Of a DNA stretch of 64,000 nt, positions 39,336 to 49,947 are shown in pieces. The DNA is from Promethearchaeota archaeon (GTDB taxonomy: Archaea; Asgardarchaeota; Lokiarchaeia; Sigyniarchaeales; SOKP01). The notes below the pieces were generated by a model, which saw only the letters and a program-made list of their open reading frames with translations, did no database searches and was not told the origin of the DNA. Position numbers and translations under genes: made by a program. Positions within the stretch are counted from its first letter, which is position 1; each line of letters starts with the position of its first letter. The stretch covers positions 64,001-128,000 of the forward strand of contig JAEOTA010000086.1 in NCBI GenBank assembly GCA_016840085.1. The letters are read 5' to 3'.

Positions 39336-40163
39336 ATGATGGATGTTAAAAGAATAATCTCAAAGATTGAAAAAAGCTACATAACATCTAATTTAAAAAA
39401 GGGAGAAAGAATTGATGGAAGAGATATTTGGGAATACCGCGAATTTAATATAAAAAGTGATATTATTTCCTCAGCAGAAGGTTCTGCGGATGTTTCATTA
39501 GGAGATACAAGGATTATAACAGGGTTGAAATATGATGTCGGCGAACCATTCCCAGATTTACCAAACGAAGGAGTTTGTACTATCATGGCTGAATTACTTC
39601 CTATAGCATCTCCTTTATTTGAAAGAGGACCTCCAGATGAACAATCAATTGAATTAGCAAGAGTAGTGGATCGCGGAATTAGACATGCAGATTGTGTTCA
39701 AACTAAAAAACTTTGTATAAAAGAAAATAAAGCAGTTTATATACTATTTGTCGATATGTATGTAATAAATTATGACGGAAACTTAATTGATGCTGGAGGT
39801 GTGAGTGCATTAACCACATTAATTTCTGCGCATATCCCTGAAGGTAAAATTGGAGAAGATGGGCTTGAATGGACAGGAAATTATTTTACAGGAGAAACAA
39901 TAGTTAATGAATTACCTTTAGTGTTAACTTATGGTAAAATAGGTGATATTATATTTTTAGATCCTAATTTGGCTGAAGAATTGGTTTGTGATGGGAAAAT
40001 CTCAATATCTGCAACAGAAAATAAAATTACATCCATTCAAAAAAGTGGAGCTGCCACATTTTCAATAGAGGAAATTAAAATACTTGGTAAAAAATCAATT
40101 GATATTGGCAAGAAATTAAGAAAAGAATTAAACCTTTTACAGTACAAGACTGAGTACAAATAA
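39336..40163 (+). CDS. rrp42: exosome subunit Rrp42
   Basis: RIDGR, AEGSA, PFPDLPNEG, ELARVVDRGIR, DGNLIDA. Confidence 0.96.
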   Translation: MMDVKRIISKIEKSYITSNLKKGERIDGRDIWEYREFNIKSDIISSAEGSADVSLGDTRIITGLKYDVGEPFPDLPNEGVCTIMAELLPIASPLFERGPPDEQSIELARVVDRGIRHADCVQTKKLCIKENKAVYILFVDMYVINYDGNLIDAGGVSALTTLISAHIPEGKIGEDGLEWTGNYFTGETIVNELPLVLTYGKIGDIIFLDPNLAEELVCDGKISISATENKITSIQKSGAATFSIEEIKILGKKSIDIGKKLRKELNLLQYKTEYK

Positions 40164-40253
40164 TTTTTTTAAATAAATTTTTTCTTATTATAATATATTT
40201 ATTCTCTTAATATTTAGATTAAAAACTTTAAAATTACTTATTCTTTCTAATCA

Positions 40254-41225
40254 TTAGTCGGTTCTAATTTTTCTAAGGGTTTCATAGGTTCCATAACCAC
40301 CTTTTACATCATCTAATTCAAAACTACCTAATGACTGCACAAGAATAGATTGCTTTCCTTCATTATCAGTAAAGGGCATTGGAATTATTGGCCCCACAAA
40401 AGCTTTTAATATATATTTTTGATTAGAATTATCCATCAATTCAAGCTTTGAACTAACGGGGAATACTCCATCTTCTCGAAATTGTTGGTTAAGAATTTTA
40501 ATTTTTTTTAAGGGTATGTTCTCTCCATTCCTAAACAAGAAACCTCCAGTTGATAAACGACCATCATCTGTGATTATTGCTGCAGGATTAACTGCCAAAT
40601 TTTCATTAAACCAAACAACATAATATAACCAATTACCCACTCCAATCCAATCACGAACACCATAGGTGTGATCTCTTTGACCCATGGTATTAGAAATCGA
40701 ATATTTTCTATCTCCTATAGTGATCTCTCCTTTTATATTACCAATTTGTTCCCAGTGTTTATCACCAGCTTTTTTTCCTATTTCTAATGATTCCGGAGTC
40801 ATATATTTACTATATTCATACACCTCATTAATCGGCTCAAAATCAAGATAGATTTCTACTGACTTTATTTCACTTATTAATTTCGGATTCTCGCGTACTT
40901 TTGGTAAAGTCTCTGAGTTTTGGACAATAATTATATTCCCGCTAAATTCATAATTCCATTTTCCATCAGGAAAAGAAAGATGTTTCATACCTTTAATTTG
41001 AAGATTTTTTGTATAATCTTTAATTTTAATTTCTTGATGATATCCCCCAGCAGAACCATCCGGCAAAAAAAGAAAGAAAAAAGTCATGCCCTCTTGTTTA
41101 TTAGGCTTGAATCCTATTCTTGAAACCCCTCCAATATTATAATCCTTATTAAAGAAAGCGAAATAATATGATTCATTCCATTCAGGATGAGCCGTGCAAA
41201 GATTAGAATGAGTCAAAGATTCCAC
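40254..41225 (-). CDS. hypothetical protein, lipocalin/tocopherol-cyclase-like beta-barrel
   Basis: WNESYYFAF, HWEQIG..KG.I, GQRDHTYGVRDW. Confidence 0.6.
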   Translation of the reverse strand: MESLTHSNLCTAHPEWNESYYFAFFNKDYNIGGVSRIGFKPNKQEGMTFFFLFLPDGSAGGYHQEIKIKDYTKNLQIKGMKHLSFPDGKWNYEFSGNIIIVQNSETLPKVRENPKLISEIKSVEIYLDFEPINEVYEYSKYMTPESLEIGKKAGDKHWEQIGNIKGEITIGDRKYSISNTMGQRDHTYGVRDWIGVGNWLYYVVWFNENLAVNPAAIITDDGRLSTGGFLFRNGENIPLKKIKILNQQFREDGVFPVSSKLELMDNSNQKYILKAFVGPIIPMPFTDNEGKQSILVQSLGSFELDDVKGGYGTYETLRKIRTD

Positions 41226-41243
41226 CTTTATTCACCTTAAACA

Positions 41244-43970
41244 TTATTTTTGTAATACGATAGTACCATTAAATCCATTAATTTTAAAAATTTGACCTGT
41301 TTTAAAGATTTTACACGCATTTATTATGTTTGTGACAGCAGGAATACCATATTCTCGCGAAACAACAGCGCCATGCGAAAGTATTCCACCCGTTTCAGTT
41401 ATTAAACCCCCTATTTTAGAAAAAACAGGAGTCCAGCCCGGATCTGTTCTAGGTACAACTAAAATCTCTCCTTTACGTACTGTAGAAATAAAGTCGATAT
41501 CTTGAAGAATACGGATAGGACCGGTGATAATTCCTTGACTTGCAGGTATACCGTGGAATATTTTACTCTTTTTATTGTATTTCAAAACATCATTAAATTC
41601 TCGTGAACCTAAAAGGAATTTTGGGGGTATTATATTTTCATGGTTTTTAAAATGATCATATCTCTTTTTAACTTCAGATGAGATTTTTTGAATTTCTTGA
41701 TTATTATATTTACCCAATCCTAAATTCTTAATTTCATGTTTAAAGAAGAAAAAGATTTTATTTGCATCTTCAATTATTCCACGTTTCATAAATATTTTCC
41801 CTATTTCTAAATATACATTTCTATTCCTTGTAATCCATCTATCGAGGTTGAATCGCTGATTTTCCCTAAATATTATATATTTCCTACTGTTCTTTAAAAT
41901 TGTGAAAAATAACTTCCATTTTAAAAATCCAAATCGTTGTGATCTTATCTTTTTTTCCACAATTTGTTCAATTTGCTGACGTTTTTGCAAACTCTTATTT
42001 TTTATTTTTTCAAGTCCTTGCCAATGATCCAGAACTAATGATTTTAAAATATCAAATACATTTTTCATTGGTGGTTGTCTCCAGCGAGGGTAATAAGTTT
42101 CTCTTGTGAAACCCCTATCTCCATATTTCTCTAAAAATTTTTCAAATTCACTTAGAAAGTTCTTAATGGAAGGATTACTTTCTGTCAATAGAATATTATA
42201 AATACTTCTTGATTCTTGATTAATTAATATGGATTTAAGTTCCGGAGAATTATTAATAAGGGAAGCTAAATAATGAATTTGATCATTTGTTTCTGTCAGT
42301 TTATGTTTGAGTCCAGAAACTAAAATTGGATAAAATTGTTGACATTCCTCTCTACTCAGAAAACGATTAAGTAAATATTGGATTAATAAATTCATTCCAA
42401 TGTTATGTACGGGAATCCCATATCGAACTAGTCGAAAATGAGCAATCATAGTTTTATCTAAATCTTCAGCTAAATTGATAAAATCCAGTAGTCCACCAGT
42501 TTTTATAAGTTTTTTTTGTTGTATATCAAATTTTTTACAATAAACATCAAATGTCTCTTGAGTCCACTTTTCATAAGTATCTGCAGTTTTAGACATTGCT
42601 CCATCTGGGTCATGAATTTTAATTCTAAGCTCAGCAACAATTCTTCTAATTAGATGAAATGGGAGATCTTTTGTTGTTTTTTTTCCATAAGAACCAGAAC
42701 CTTCTGGAAAATAATTTAAAACGTCTTCATTACGCAAGAATTTAGGTATTTCATATTCAACTTTCCTTTTTAACACATTGAGATTGAAATAAACATGAGC
42801 ATTATATAATTTTAATAATTGAATATCCATTTGTTTGTAGCCCATTATACTGTTTAGTTCCACATTAACTACCTTAACTAATTGATCACCTAAGAGTTCA
42901 AAATATAAAGGTGTCACATTATCATTCCAATAATCATCTGAATACCCTCTGCTCCATAGTATTTCAGTTGTTTTATCATCTGCTTTTATTACAGTAATAG
43001 GTCTGGTTTGTAAGATATTAATTTTATTATCTTGGCTTAGAGCCCATTCAATGTCTTGAGGTACATTTTTAAATATCCTTTCTATTTGGAGACCCATCTT
43101 AGCAAGTTTTATAATATCACTATCAGAAAGTGAAGATTGCTGATTTAAATCATCAGACAATTTTACATAATCAATACCTCCATTAATTTCTAAAGGTTTT
43201 GGATATACTGCTAATTTCTTTCTACCAATCTGTTTGTTCAGAATACTAACTGATCCTCTCTTTAGTTTTTGAATAAAAAATTGGTCTGGACTACTTTTTC
43301 CAGATACAATCGATTCTCCCAATCCAAAATTAGACTCAATTAGTAGTTCATTATTATTGAAAGTTAATGGATTTATTGTGAATAAAACACCAGCAGATTT
43401 CGATGGTACCATTTTTTGAATAATAACGGCAATTTTGACTTTATTATGTGGTATTTTGTTTTTGTATCGGTAAATAATTGCTCGGCTTGTCCATAAAGAT
43501 GCATAACATTGCTTTATATGTTGAAGTACTTGCTCTAAATCTTTTAAATTCAAATATGTATCATATTGTCCCGCAAACGAGGCTTTTAGTAAGTCTTCTG
43601 CTGTTGCAGAGGATCTAACAGCTACTCCGTATGAGGAAAATTTTTCATAATTGATTTTTATCTCATCAATTAATTTCCGTGGAAACTGATTTTTCTCGAT
43701 TGAATTGTGGATAATGTTAGCGGAGCTTTTAATCGACTCATAATCATTATAATCAATTGATTCTAATGTTTTTTGAATATGTTCTAAAAGATTGTTGCTA
43801 TCAAGAAAAAAATCATATGCTCTAGTTTTTACAACAAAACCATTAGGTACAGAAATTTTATTTTGAATTAAAATACCAAGATTGGCAGCTTTACTACCCA
43901 CTTCCTTACTATCATGATTAACTTCTGTTAATTCAACTATTAGTGAATCTTTTTCAATCATAGGATACAT
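41244..43970 (-). CDS. PEP-synthase-like phosphotransferase (rifampicin-phosphotransferase architecture)
   Basis: ATP-grasp GSKAANL, AVRSSATAED, SFAGQYDT, QDIEWA, LQTRPIT; C-terminal swivel domain TDPGW, LSHGAVVSREYGIP. Confidence 0.88.
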   Translation of the reverse strand: MYPMIEKDSLIVELTEVNHDSKEVGSKAANLGILIQNKISVPNGFVVKTRAYDFFLDSNNLLEHIQKTLESIDYNDYESIKSSANIIHNSIEKNQFPRKLIDEIKINYEKFSSYGVAVRSSATAEDLLKASFAGQYDTYLNLKDLEQVLQHIKQCYASLWTSRAIIYRYKNKIPHNKVKIAVIIQKMVPSKSAGVLFTINPLTFNNNELLIESNFGLGESIVSGKSSPDQFFIQKLKRGSVSILNKQIGRKKLAVYPKPLEINGGIDYVKLSDDLNQQSSLSDSDIIKLAKMGLQIERIFKNVPQDIEWALSQDNKINILQTRPITVIKADDKTTEILWSRGYSDDYWNDNVTPLYFELLGDQLVKVVNVELNSIMGYKQMDIQLLKLYNAHVYFNLNVLKRKVEYEIPKFLRNEDVLNYFPEGSGSYGKKTTKDLPFHLIRRIVAELRIKIHDPDGAMSKTADTYEKWTQETFDVYCKKFDIQQKKLIKTGGLLDFINLAEDLDKTMIAHFRLVRYGIPVHNIGMNLLIQYLLNRFLSREECQQFYPILVSGLKHKLTETNDQIHYLASLINNSPELKSILINQESRSIYNILLTESNPSIKNFLSEFEKFLEKYGDRGFTRETYYPRWRQPPMKNVFDILKSLVLDHWQGLEKIKNKSLQKRQQIEQIVEKKIRSQRFGFLKWKLFFTILKNSRKYIIFRENQRFNLDRWITRNRNVYLEIGKIFMKRGIIEDANKIFFFFKHEIKNLGLGKYNNQEIQKISSEVKKRYDHFKNHENIIPPKFLLGSREFNDVLKYNKKSKIFHGIPASQGIITGPIRILQDIDFISTVRKGEILVVPRTDPGWTPVFSKIGGLITETGGILSHGAVVSREYGIPAVTNIINACKIFKTGQIFKINGFNGTIVLQK

Positions 43971-44166
43971 ATAGAATTGAAAACATAATTTTAATAAATT
44001 TATAATTTTATTTTTTAATTTTAGTAAATTTAAAAATTCTCTTATTTGGCTCTAAAATTTAGTCAGAAGAAAAACGATTAATGTAATTTTTTCTAATTTA
44101 GAAAAATTTATAGTTTATCGTAGGTTTTTATAAGACATTAATAATTCAATACTATTTTTGATTAAA

Positions 44167-44454
44167 ATGGGTAAAACTAAGAAAGTAGGAGTTACTGGCA
44201 CATTCGGTGCACGCTATGGAAGTACATTACGTAAGAGAACTCGATTAATTTTAGAAAAAATGAAGGGAAAAATTAAATGCCCTAGGTGTGAAACTAGAGG
44301 ATCTGTTCATCGAGTATCAACTGGTATTTGGTATTGTAGAAAATGTAATGCTCGATTTACTGGTGGTGCTTATTTCATAGAAACAGCTCGAGGTGCTGAA
44401 TCCTTTAGGGTTGCAAAACGTAAGCAAAGAGAATTGGAAATTACTGAAGAATAA
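44167..44454 (+). CDS. rpl37ae: ribosomal protein eL43 (L37Ae)
   Basis: TKKVGVTGTFGARYGSTLRK, CPRC...CRKC, FTGGAY. Confidence 0.96.
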   Translation: MGKTKKVGVTGTFGARYGSTLRKRTRLILEKMKGKIKCPRCETRGSVHRVSTGIWYCRKCNARFTGGAYFIETARGAESFRVAKRKQRELEITEE

Positions 44455-44726
44455 TGAGTCATAAAAGCTTTTTTTCAATAAAATCAACAATAGAATTAAT
44501 ATTTAATGATCCCTCAAGTCGAGATATTTCATATAACTCTTTCATTCCAGAAATTAAGAAATTACAAACCAAACGTTCAAACCTTTCAATCGAAAAAAAA
44601 AATACTACTTCCTTATTTTTTAAGATTGAGAGTAATGATATTACAGCATTTAGAGCTTCTATAAATGAAATTACTTGTTTTGGGAAAATAATTGAAAATA
44701 CATTGAAAATAACTAATAAATCATAG
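44454..44726 (+). CDS. pcc1: KEOPS subunit Pcc1
   Basis: IESNDITAFRASIN motif and its usual superoperon position. Confidence 0.8.
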   Translation: MSHKSFFSIKSTIELIFNDPSSRDISYNSFIPEIKKLQTKRSNLSIEKKNTTSLFFKIESNDITAFRASINEITCFGKIIENTLKITNKS

Positions 44727-44785
44727 GAAAAAGATTTATTATTTATTACATAAAATAAAATATAGAAAAGCAAAGGTAAGTAATT

Positions 44786-45148
44786 ATGACGATAAATCTA
44801 GACGATTTAGACGAGGAGCAGAAAAAGAAAATATTGAATCTCCAAAATCTTCAGCAAACATATGAATTTATAACAACTCAAAAACTACAATTGGAATCTA
44901 CACTTAGAGAAACAGAATTAGCTATAGAAGAATTAGAAAAAATAAATCCAGACAATACAGTATATAAGAGTATTGGAGGAATACTAGTTAGAAGTGAAAA
45001 GAACAAATTATTAGATGAGAAAAAGAGTTTAAAAGTAACATTAGAAATGCGGCTAAAAACTTTAGACCAAAAGAAAGCAAGAATAGAAAATCAAATTACT
45101 ACATTACGAAATTCGATACAAGCTGATTTTCAAAATAAGAATCTTTAA
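44786..45148 (+). CDS. pfdB: prefoldin subunit beta
   Basis: Coiled coil - VYKSIGGILV - coiled coil. Confidence 0.93.
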   Translation: MTINLDDLDEEQKKKILNLQNLQQTYEFITTQKLQLESTLRETELAIEELEKINPDNTVYKSIGGILVRSEKNKLLDEKKSLKVTLEMRLKTLDQKKARIENQITTLRNSIQADFQNKNL

Positions 45149-45155
45149 TAGATTT

Positions 45156-46175
45156 ATGTTAAAAATTAAATTTAAAAATTTATTAACTTTTTTGAAGAAT
45201 AAAAGAATTTTAATTACTACACATAATCTAGTAGATATTGATGGATTTGTTTCGTGTTTTGCTTTAAAATTTTTCTTAATTCAATATTATAAAAACCAAA
45301 ATATATCTATTTATTTTCCAGAACTTCTAAAGTCAACTAAGAATTTTATAAATAACTTTAGTGAAAAATTCCCTAAATTTAAGTTTAAAACTAAAACCCA
45401 TTTAGATTTTTCTAAATTTGATGTATGTCTAATATTAGACACTAATAATCTTAGCCAATTAAAATTTGAAAACGATATAAATATTTCTCCACTCGAAATT
45501 CCTTATATTTTTATAGATCACCATTATCCAAACCTTAAAGCCGATGCTCAAAATTTAGAATCATTGAATTTAGTATTTGATAACTTTTCTTCCACATCAG
45601 AAATTATATTGACCTTATTTAAATACTATCAGCAAGATCTAATTCTCCCTTACAGAATTCTATTTATAGCTGCAATTCTAGCTGATTCTGGATTTTTTAA
45701 ATATGGAAATAATGAAACCATTAATAATGTGAGTGAGTTATTAGACGAAGATTTAGATATTCAAGAAATTCGATCACTACTTAAAGAAGATATCGAGATT
45801 TCAGAAAAGATTGCCAAAATAAAAGGATTACAGCGTGTAAAATTAATTCGTGAAGGAGATTATTTAATTGGAATTAGTAATGTTAGTAGTTTTGGAGCAA
45901 GTGTAGCATCTATGTTAATAGCTTGTGGCGTTGATATAAGCTTAGTCTATTCAAAAGCCAATACAGAATATAGGATTAATGCAAGAGCTAAAAAAGTAGT
46001 TTGTTTACAAACTGGAATACATTTAGGAAAAATTTTAAAAGAAATATCTGATAACTGCGAGGGAAATGGTGGTGGACACGATGGAGCAGCGTCTTTATCG
46101 TTTAATGCGGAATTTGATATAATTCTTGATAGAATTATTGAAAAAATAAAAGAATTTTTATCACCTAAGTTTTAA
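45156..46175 (+). CDS. DHH/DHHA1 phosphoesterase
   Basis: THNLVDIDG, ILDT, IDHH, ADSG, GGGHDGAA. Confidence 0.9.
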   Translation: MLKIKFKNLLTFLKNKRILITTHNLVDIDGFVSCFALKFFLIQYYKNQNISIYFPELLKSTKNFINNFSEKFPKFKFKTKTHLDFSKFDVCLILDTNNLSQLKFENDINISPLEIPYIFIDHHYPNLKADAQNLESLNLVFDNFSSTSEIILTLFKYYQQDLILPYRILFIAAILADSGFFKYGNNETINNVSELLDEDLDIQEIRSLLKEDIEISEKIAKIKGLQRVKLIREGDYLIGISNVSSFGASVASMLIACGVDISLVYSKANTEYRINARAKKVVCLQTGIHLGKILKEISDNCEGNGGGHDGAASLSFNAEFDIILDRIIEKIKEFLSPKF

Positions 46176-46226
46176 ATAACTAAAGATTATAATAAAGCAA
46201 TACTCTATTACTAAAAATAAATATAC

Positions 46227-47075
46227 ATGAATTTAATAAAATTCAATAACTTTTTTTTTCGTTATAAAGGAAATGAAGATTATGCCTTAAATAATATTAA
46301 TTTAAAAATAGGAGATAATAAATTTATATTACTCTGCGGAGAAACAGGATCAGGTAAAACCACATTAATTAGATGCATGAATGGTTTGATCCCACAATTT
46401 TATTCTGGTTTTTATAAAGGTAAAGTTGAAATTAATGGTAAAGATACCACTGAAACTTCAATAGCAAATTTATCAACTGAAGTTGGAATTGTATTTCAGA
46501 ATCCAGAAAACCAATTAATTGCAATGAATGTAGAACATGAAATCGCATTTGGATTAGAAAATTTAGGAATACCGCCTAATGAAATCTCTCGAAGAATAAA
46601 AGAAAGTGCATCTTTAACTGAAATTGAACATATTTTGGATAAGGCACCCTTTGAATTGAGTGGAGGTGAACAACAGCGAGTTGCGATTGCATCAATCTTG
46701 GTTTTAGAACCAAAATTACTAATATTAGATGAACCAACAGCTTTATTGGACCCCTATATGGCAAAAAAAATCATTAATTTATTAACTGAAATAAAGATAG
46801 AAAAAAAGATAACAATTTTAATTAGTGAACATCGATTGGATTTAATTCTCCCTTTTACTGAACAAATGATTTTAATGAAAGGTGGATATGTAATTGAGCA
46901 TGATATTCGTGAAAAAATCCTTAACGGAGATAATTTTAAAAATCTTAATTTGAATAAACCTGTTATTTATGCTATATTTAATAAATTAAGAATAGATGGC
47001 ATATTTCATGGGAAAATACCTGCCTCTATTCCAGATGCAATAAATTCTTTAAAACAGTTAAAATTAGGTGAATAA
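46227..47075 (+). CDS. ECF transporter ATPase A
   Basis: GETGSGKT, FQNPENQ, LSGGEQQR, LDEPT. Confidence 0.92.
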   Translation: MNLIKFNNFFFRYKGNEDYALNNINLKIGDNKFILLCGETGSGKTTLIRCMNGLIPQFYSGFYKGKVEINGKDTTETSIANLSTEVGIVFQNPENQLIAMNVEHEIAFGLENLGIPPNEISRRIKESASLTEIEHILDKAPFELSGGEQQRVAIASILVLEPKLLILDEPTALLDPYMAKKIINLLTEIKIEKKITILISEHRLDLILPFTEQMILMKGGYVIEHDIREKILNGDNFKNLNLNKPVIYAIFNKLRIDGIFHGKIPASIPDAINSLKQLKLGE

Positions 47076-47943
47076 AATGCTAGAAAGGTTACCTTTGATT
47101 ATCATTAAAGATTTATCCTACACATATCCTGATGGTACTCAAGCTTTGAAAAAAATCAATATAAGTATTAGGAGAGGGGAATCAATCGCAATAATGGGAA
47201 AAAATGGAGCAGGTAAGACAACCCTCATTCGTACGTTAAATGGATTAATAAGACCAACACGAGGGAATATCTATATTGCCAAAAAGAATATTAATTCAAG
47301 TAGTATAGCAACATTATCTAAAAATATAGGGATTATTTTTCAAAATCCATACCATCAACTTTTTGCGAATTCAGTAGAAGAAGAAATTAGTTTTTCTTTA
47401 AAAAGTTTAAACTTAAGTAAAGATACAATACAACGAAAAACAAATGAAGTTTTAAAAAATTTTGATCTTGAGAAATATCGAGAAAGATCACCTTTAAATT
47501 TATCAGGAGGAGAATCAAAAAAATTAGCTATAGCATCAATAGTATGCCGAGATCCAGGAATTTTAATATTTGATGAACCTACTCTTGGTCAAGATGCTAA
47601 AGAAATTGAATTTTTTATCAATTTAATCAATAACGAAAGGAAAAAAAGTAAGACTATAATAATTATAACTCATAATATTGAGTTTACTTTTAAATACATA
47701 CCAAGAACAATATTAATGGCTGATGGGAAAATCATAGCTGATGGACCTACAAAAAAAGTACTTAACAGTGAATTTCTTGTTGAGAAAGCATCATTAATTT
47801 TACCACAAACGCATCAATTTTGTTTAGCTTTACGACAAATAGGGATTCAGGATATAAGAGATGATATTTCAGAGAACGATATTATTAATTATTTAAAGAA
47901 ATTTTTAAAAGAGAAATCTATAAGCATTAAGGAGGAGGAATAA
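47068..47943 (+). CDS. ECF transporter ATPase A'
   Basis: GKNGAGKT, FQNP, LSGGE, FDEPTLGQD. Confidence 0.92.
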   Translation: MNKMLERLPLIIIKDLSYTYPDGTQALKKINISIRRGESIAIMGKNGAGKTTLIRTLNGLIRPTRGNIYIAKKNINSSSIATLSKNIGIIFQNPYHQLFANSVEEEISFSLKSLNLSKDTIQRKTNEVLKNFDLEKYRERSPLNLSGGESKKLAIASIVCRDPGILIFDEPTLGQDAKEIEFFINLINNERKKSKTIIIITHNIEFTFKYIPRTILMADGKIIADGPTKKVLNSEFLVEKASLILPQTHQFCLALRQIGIQDIRDDISENDIINYLKKFLKEKSISIKEEE

Positions 47944-47948
47944 AAAAA

Positions 47949-48716
47949 ATGTCATTAGAATTCCTTAACGCCTTTAAATTTATGAAAAAACAATCTTTTC
48001 TGCATAAAGTTGACCCAAGAACTAAATTAATATTAGCAATAGTATATACTATCAGTGCGTTATTATTCAATAAAATTATTCCTCTACTTTTTATCTTTTT
48101 AAGCTTAATTCCAATAGTGTTACTTGGAAAATTATTTAAAGAATGGATTAAAAGTATACGCGGTTTATCATTTTTAATTCTTTTTATAATTATGTTGAAT
48201 ACTCTTTTTTTATCTTTATCATTTGCTGTAGCAATGATATTACGTATATGTATTATGGTTTCTGCGTTCTCAATATTTTTTCTGACTGTAGATCCTAATG
48301 ATTTAGCCCTTTCTTTGATTTCAATGAAAATTCGTTATGAGTTTGCCTTTGCTTTTTCATTAGCTTTTCGATTTGTACCCACAATAGCATTAGAAGCTCA
48401 AAATATTATTGATGCTCAACAAAGTAGAGGTTATGAAATGCAAAAAAAAGGCATTATTAAGCAAATTAAAAATCTTTTTCCTTTATTAATTCCACTAATA
48501 ATCTGCTCAATTAAAAGAGCATTTAATGTAGCAGAAGCACTCGAATCTAGAGCATTTGGAAGTAAAAAACAACGATCTTATTATTATTCTATTCACTATT
48601 CACTTAGGGATTGGTTGTTTACAATATATTTGTTATTATTTTTAACATTTTTAATTATAATCAAAGTACAATTTTCTATTTTGCCAGAATTTTTAAATTG
48701 GAGATTGCCTGTTTGA
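47949..48716 (+). CDS. ecfT: ECF transporter transmembrane component T
   Basis: DPRTK, RFVP, AQQSRG, ALESRAF. Confidence 0.92.
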   Translation: MSLEFLNAFKFMKKQSFLHKVDPRTKLILAIVYTISALLFNKIIPLLFIFLSLIPIVLLGKLFKEWIKSIRGLSFLILFIIMLNTLFLSLSFAVAMILRICIMVSAFSIFFLTVDPNDLALSLISMKIRYEFAFAFSLAFRFVPTIALEAQNIIDAQQSRGYEMQKKGIIKQIKNLFPLLIPLIICSIKRAFNVAEALESRAFGSKKQRSYYYSIHYSLRDWLFTIYLLLFLTFLIIIKVQFSILPEFLNWRLPV

Positions 48717-49417
48717 TAATAAAAAAATTCAATATCAAAGAAATTAGCTTAGAATATTTTGTAGGAATTAGTCAAATTAAATTCAATTTTAGTCAATTTC
48801 TACAATTATTCACAATAGATAATGAAGAGGAAGCCTTAAAACATCTTTTTCAATTAACACAAGAACTCCAAAATAGGAATAAGGGTTCAATGATCCAATT
48901 TATTAAAGATAAGTATCTTTTAAATGAAAATCATCTTTTTACAGCCTGTTATTATATGCAAAAAGCTTTCTATTATAATACTAACATTTCAAACAAAAAA
49001 AATATTGAATTTTTATTATACTTATCAGCAAATCGTCAAATCAGTAAAGGAATTGAGACCTTTGGCATAAATTTTAAGGATCTAAGGAAGGGAAATTTAT
49101 TATTTTGTATTATTTCACAATCTAATACTATTAGTAAAATAAATTCAGAAATATTAAGTATACTTAAAGTAAATGAAATAGAACGTGCGATAAACTCATT
49201 ATCAAATGAAAAGATAACTGTGATCAAAGAATACTATGGTATTTCTGATAATCAAATTTTCTCTATTTTAAATTCTTATGGGGTTAAATTAGTTGATAAT
49301 CAAATATCTAATATTGATTTAGATTCAATTTCTTTAGCGTTATACGATTTAATATGTGAAAAGATGGCTCTCTTGAATTTAGAAAAAATAAAAATTAGAT
49401 TAGCAAGATTCTTTTAA
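48713..49417 (+). CDS. cgi121: KEOPS subunit Cgi121-like
   Basis: HLFTAC...AF...NIEFLLYLSANRQISKGIETFG; TTG overlapping the ecfT stop, preceded by GGAG. Confidence 0.8.
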   Translation: MIIKKFNIKEISLEYFVGISQIKFNFSQFLQLFTIDNEEEALKHLFQLTQELQNRNKGSMIQFIKDKYLLNENHLFTACYYMQKAFYYNTNISNKKNIEFLLYLSANRQISKGIETFGINFKDLRKGNLLFCIISQSNTISKINSEILSILKVNEIERAINSLSNEKITVIKEYYGISDNQIFSILNSYGVKLVDNQISNIDLDSISLALYDLICEKMALLNLEKIKIRLARFF

Positions 49418-49947
49418 TTATTTACCTTAATAATTCCGTTTTTTTTAATAAAAGATATACCACTAAAATTTCCTAAAATTTCTATCCTAATAATTTTATC
49501 AGGGTTTTCAAGCATAACTTTATTACTTAATAGTTCAGCAATTTGTTCAATAAGATGATTTCTTTCTATTTTCTCGTGTTTCCTCCGTTTTAATACTATT
49601 TTATACGTTTCTTCATCTTTAATGAAATCTTTATAGTGTTCCTTTATTAGTTTAACTATAAGTTTTGTATTACTTTCACATACAAAATCAATAGGAATTA
49701 CTTTAAGAATAAATTGAAAAAAGTTAGGATCTTTTTCTATTATTTTTTTAATTTTTCTTATAATTTTTTTCGCATCAATACTAGTTAATGCTGCTATCAA
49801 GCCTGAATGAGTTAATCTTGATATTATTGGATAATTATCGCCACATATTAATGAAGTAAACCATAATTCTGATTTTGCATTTGTTTCATTATATCGAGAA
49901 GTTGAGATTAATAGATTAAAATTCTTCGTATATATCACTCTTTTCAT
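49414..49947 (-). CDS. THUMP domain RNA-binding protein
   Basis: LKVIPID, KVMLENPDKIIRIEI; ATG overlaps the sua5 stop (TAATG). Confidence 0.85.
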   Translation of the reverse strand: MKRVIYTKNFNLLISTSRYNETNAKSELWFTSLICGDNYPIISRLTHSGLIAALTSIDAKKIIRKIKKIIEKDPNFFQFILKVIPIDFVCESNTKLIVKLIKEHYKDFIKDEETYKIVLKRRKHEKIERNHLIEQIAELLSNKVMLENPDKIIRIEILGNFSGISFIKKNGIIKVNN

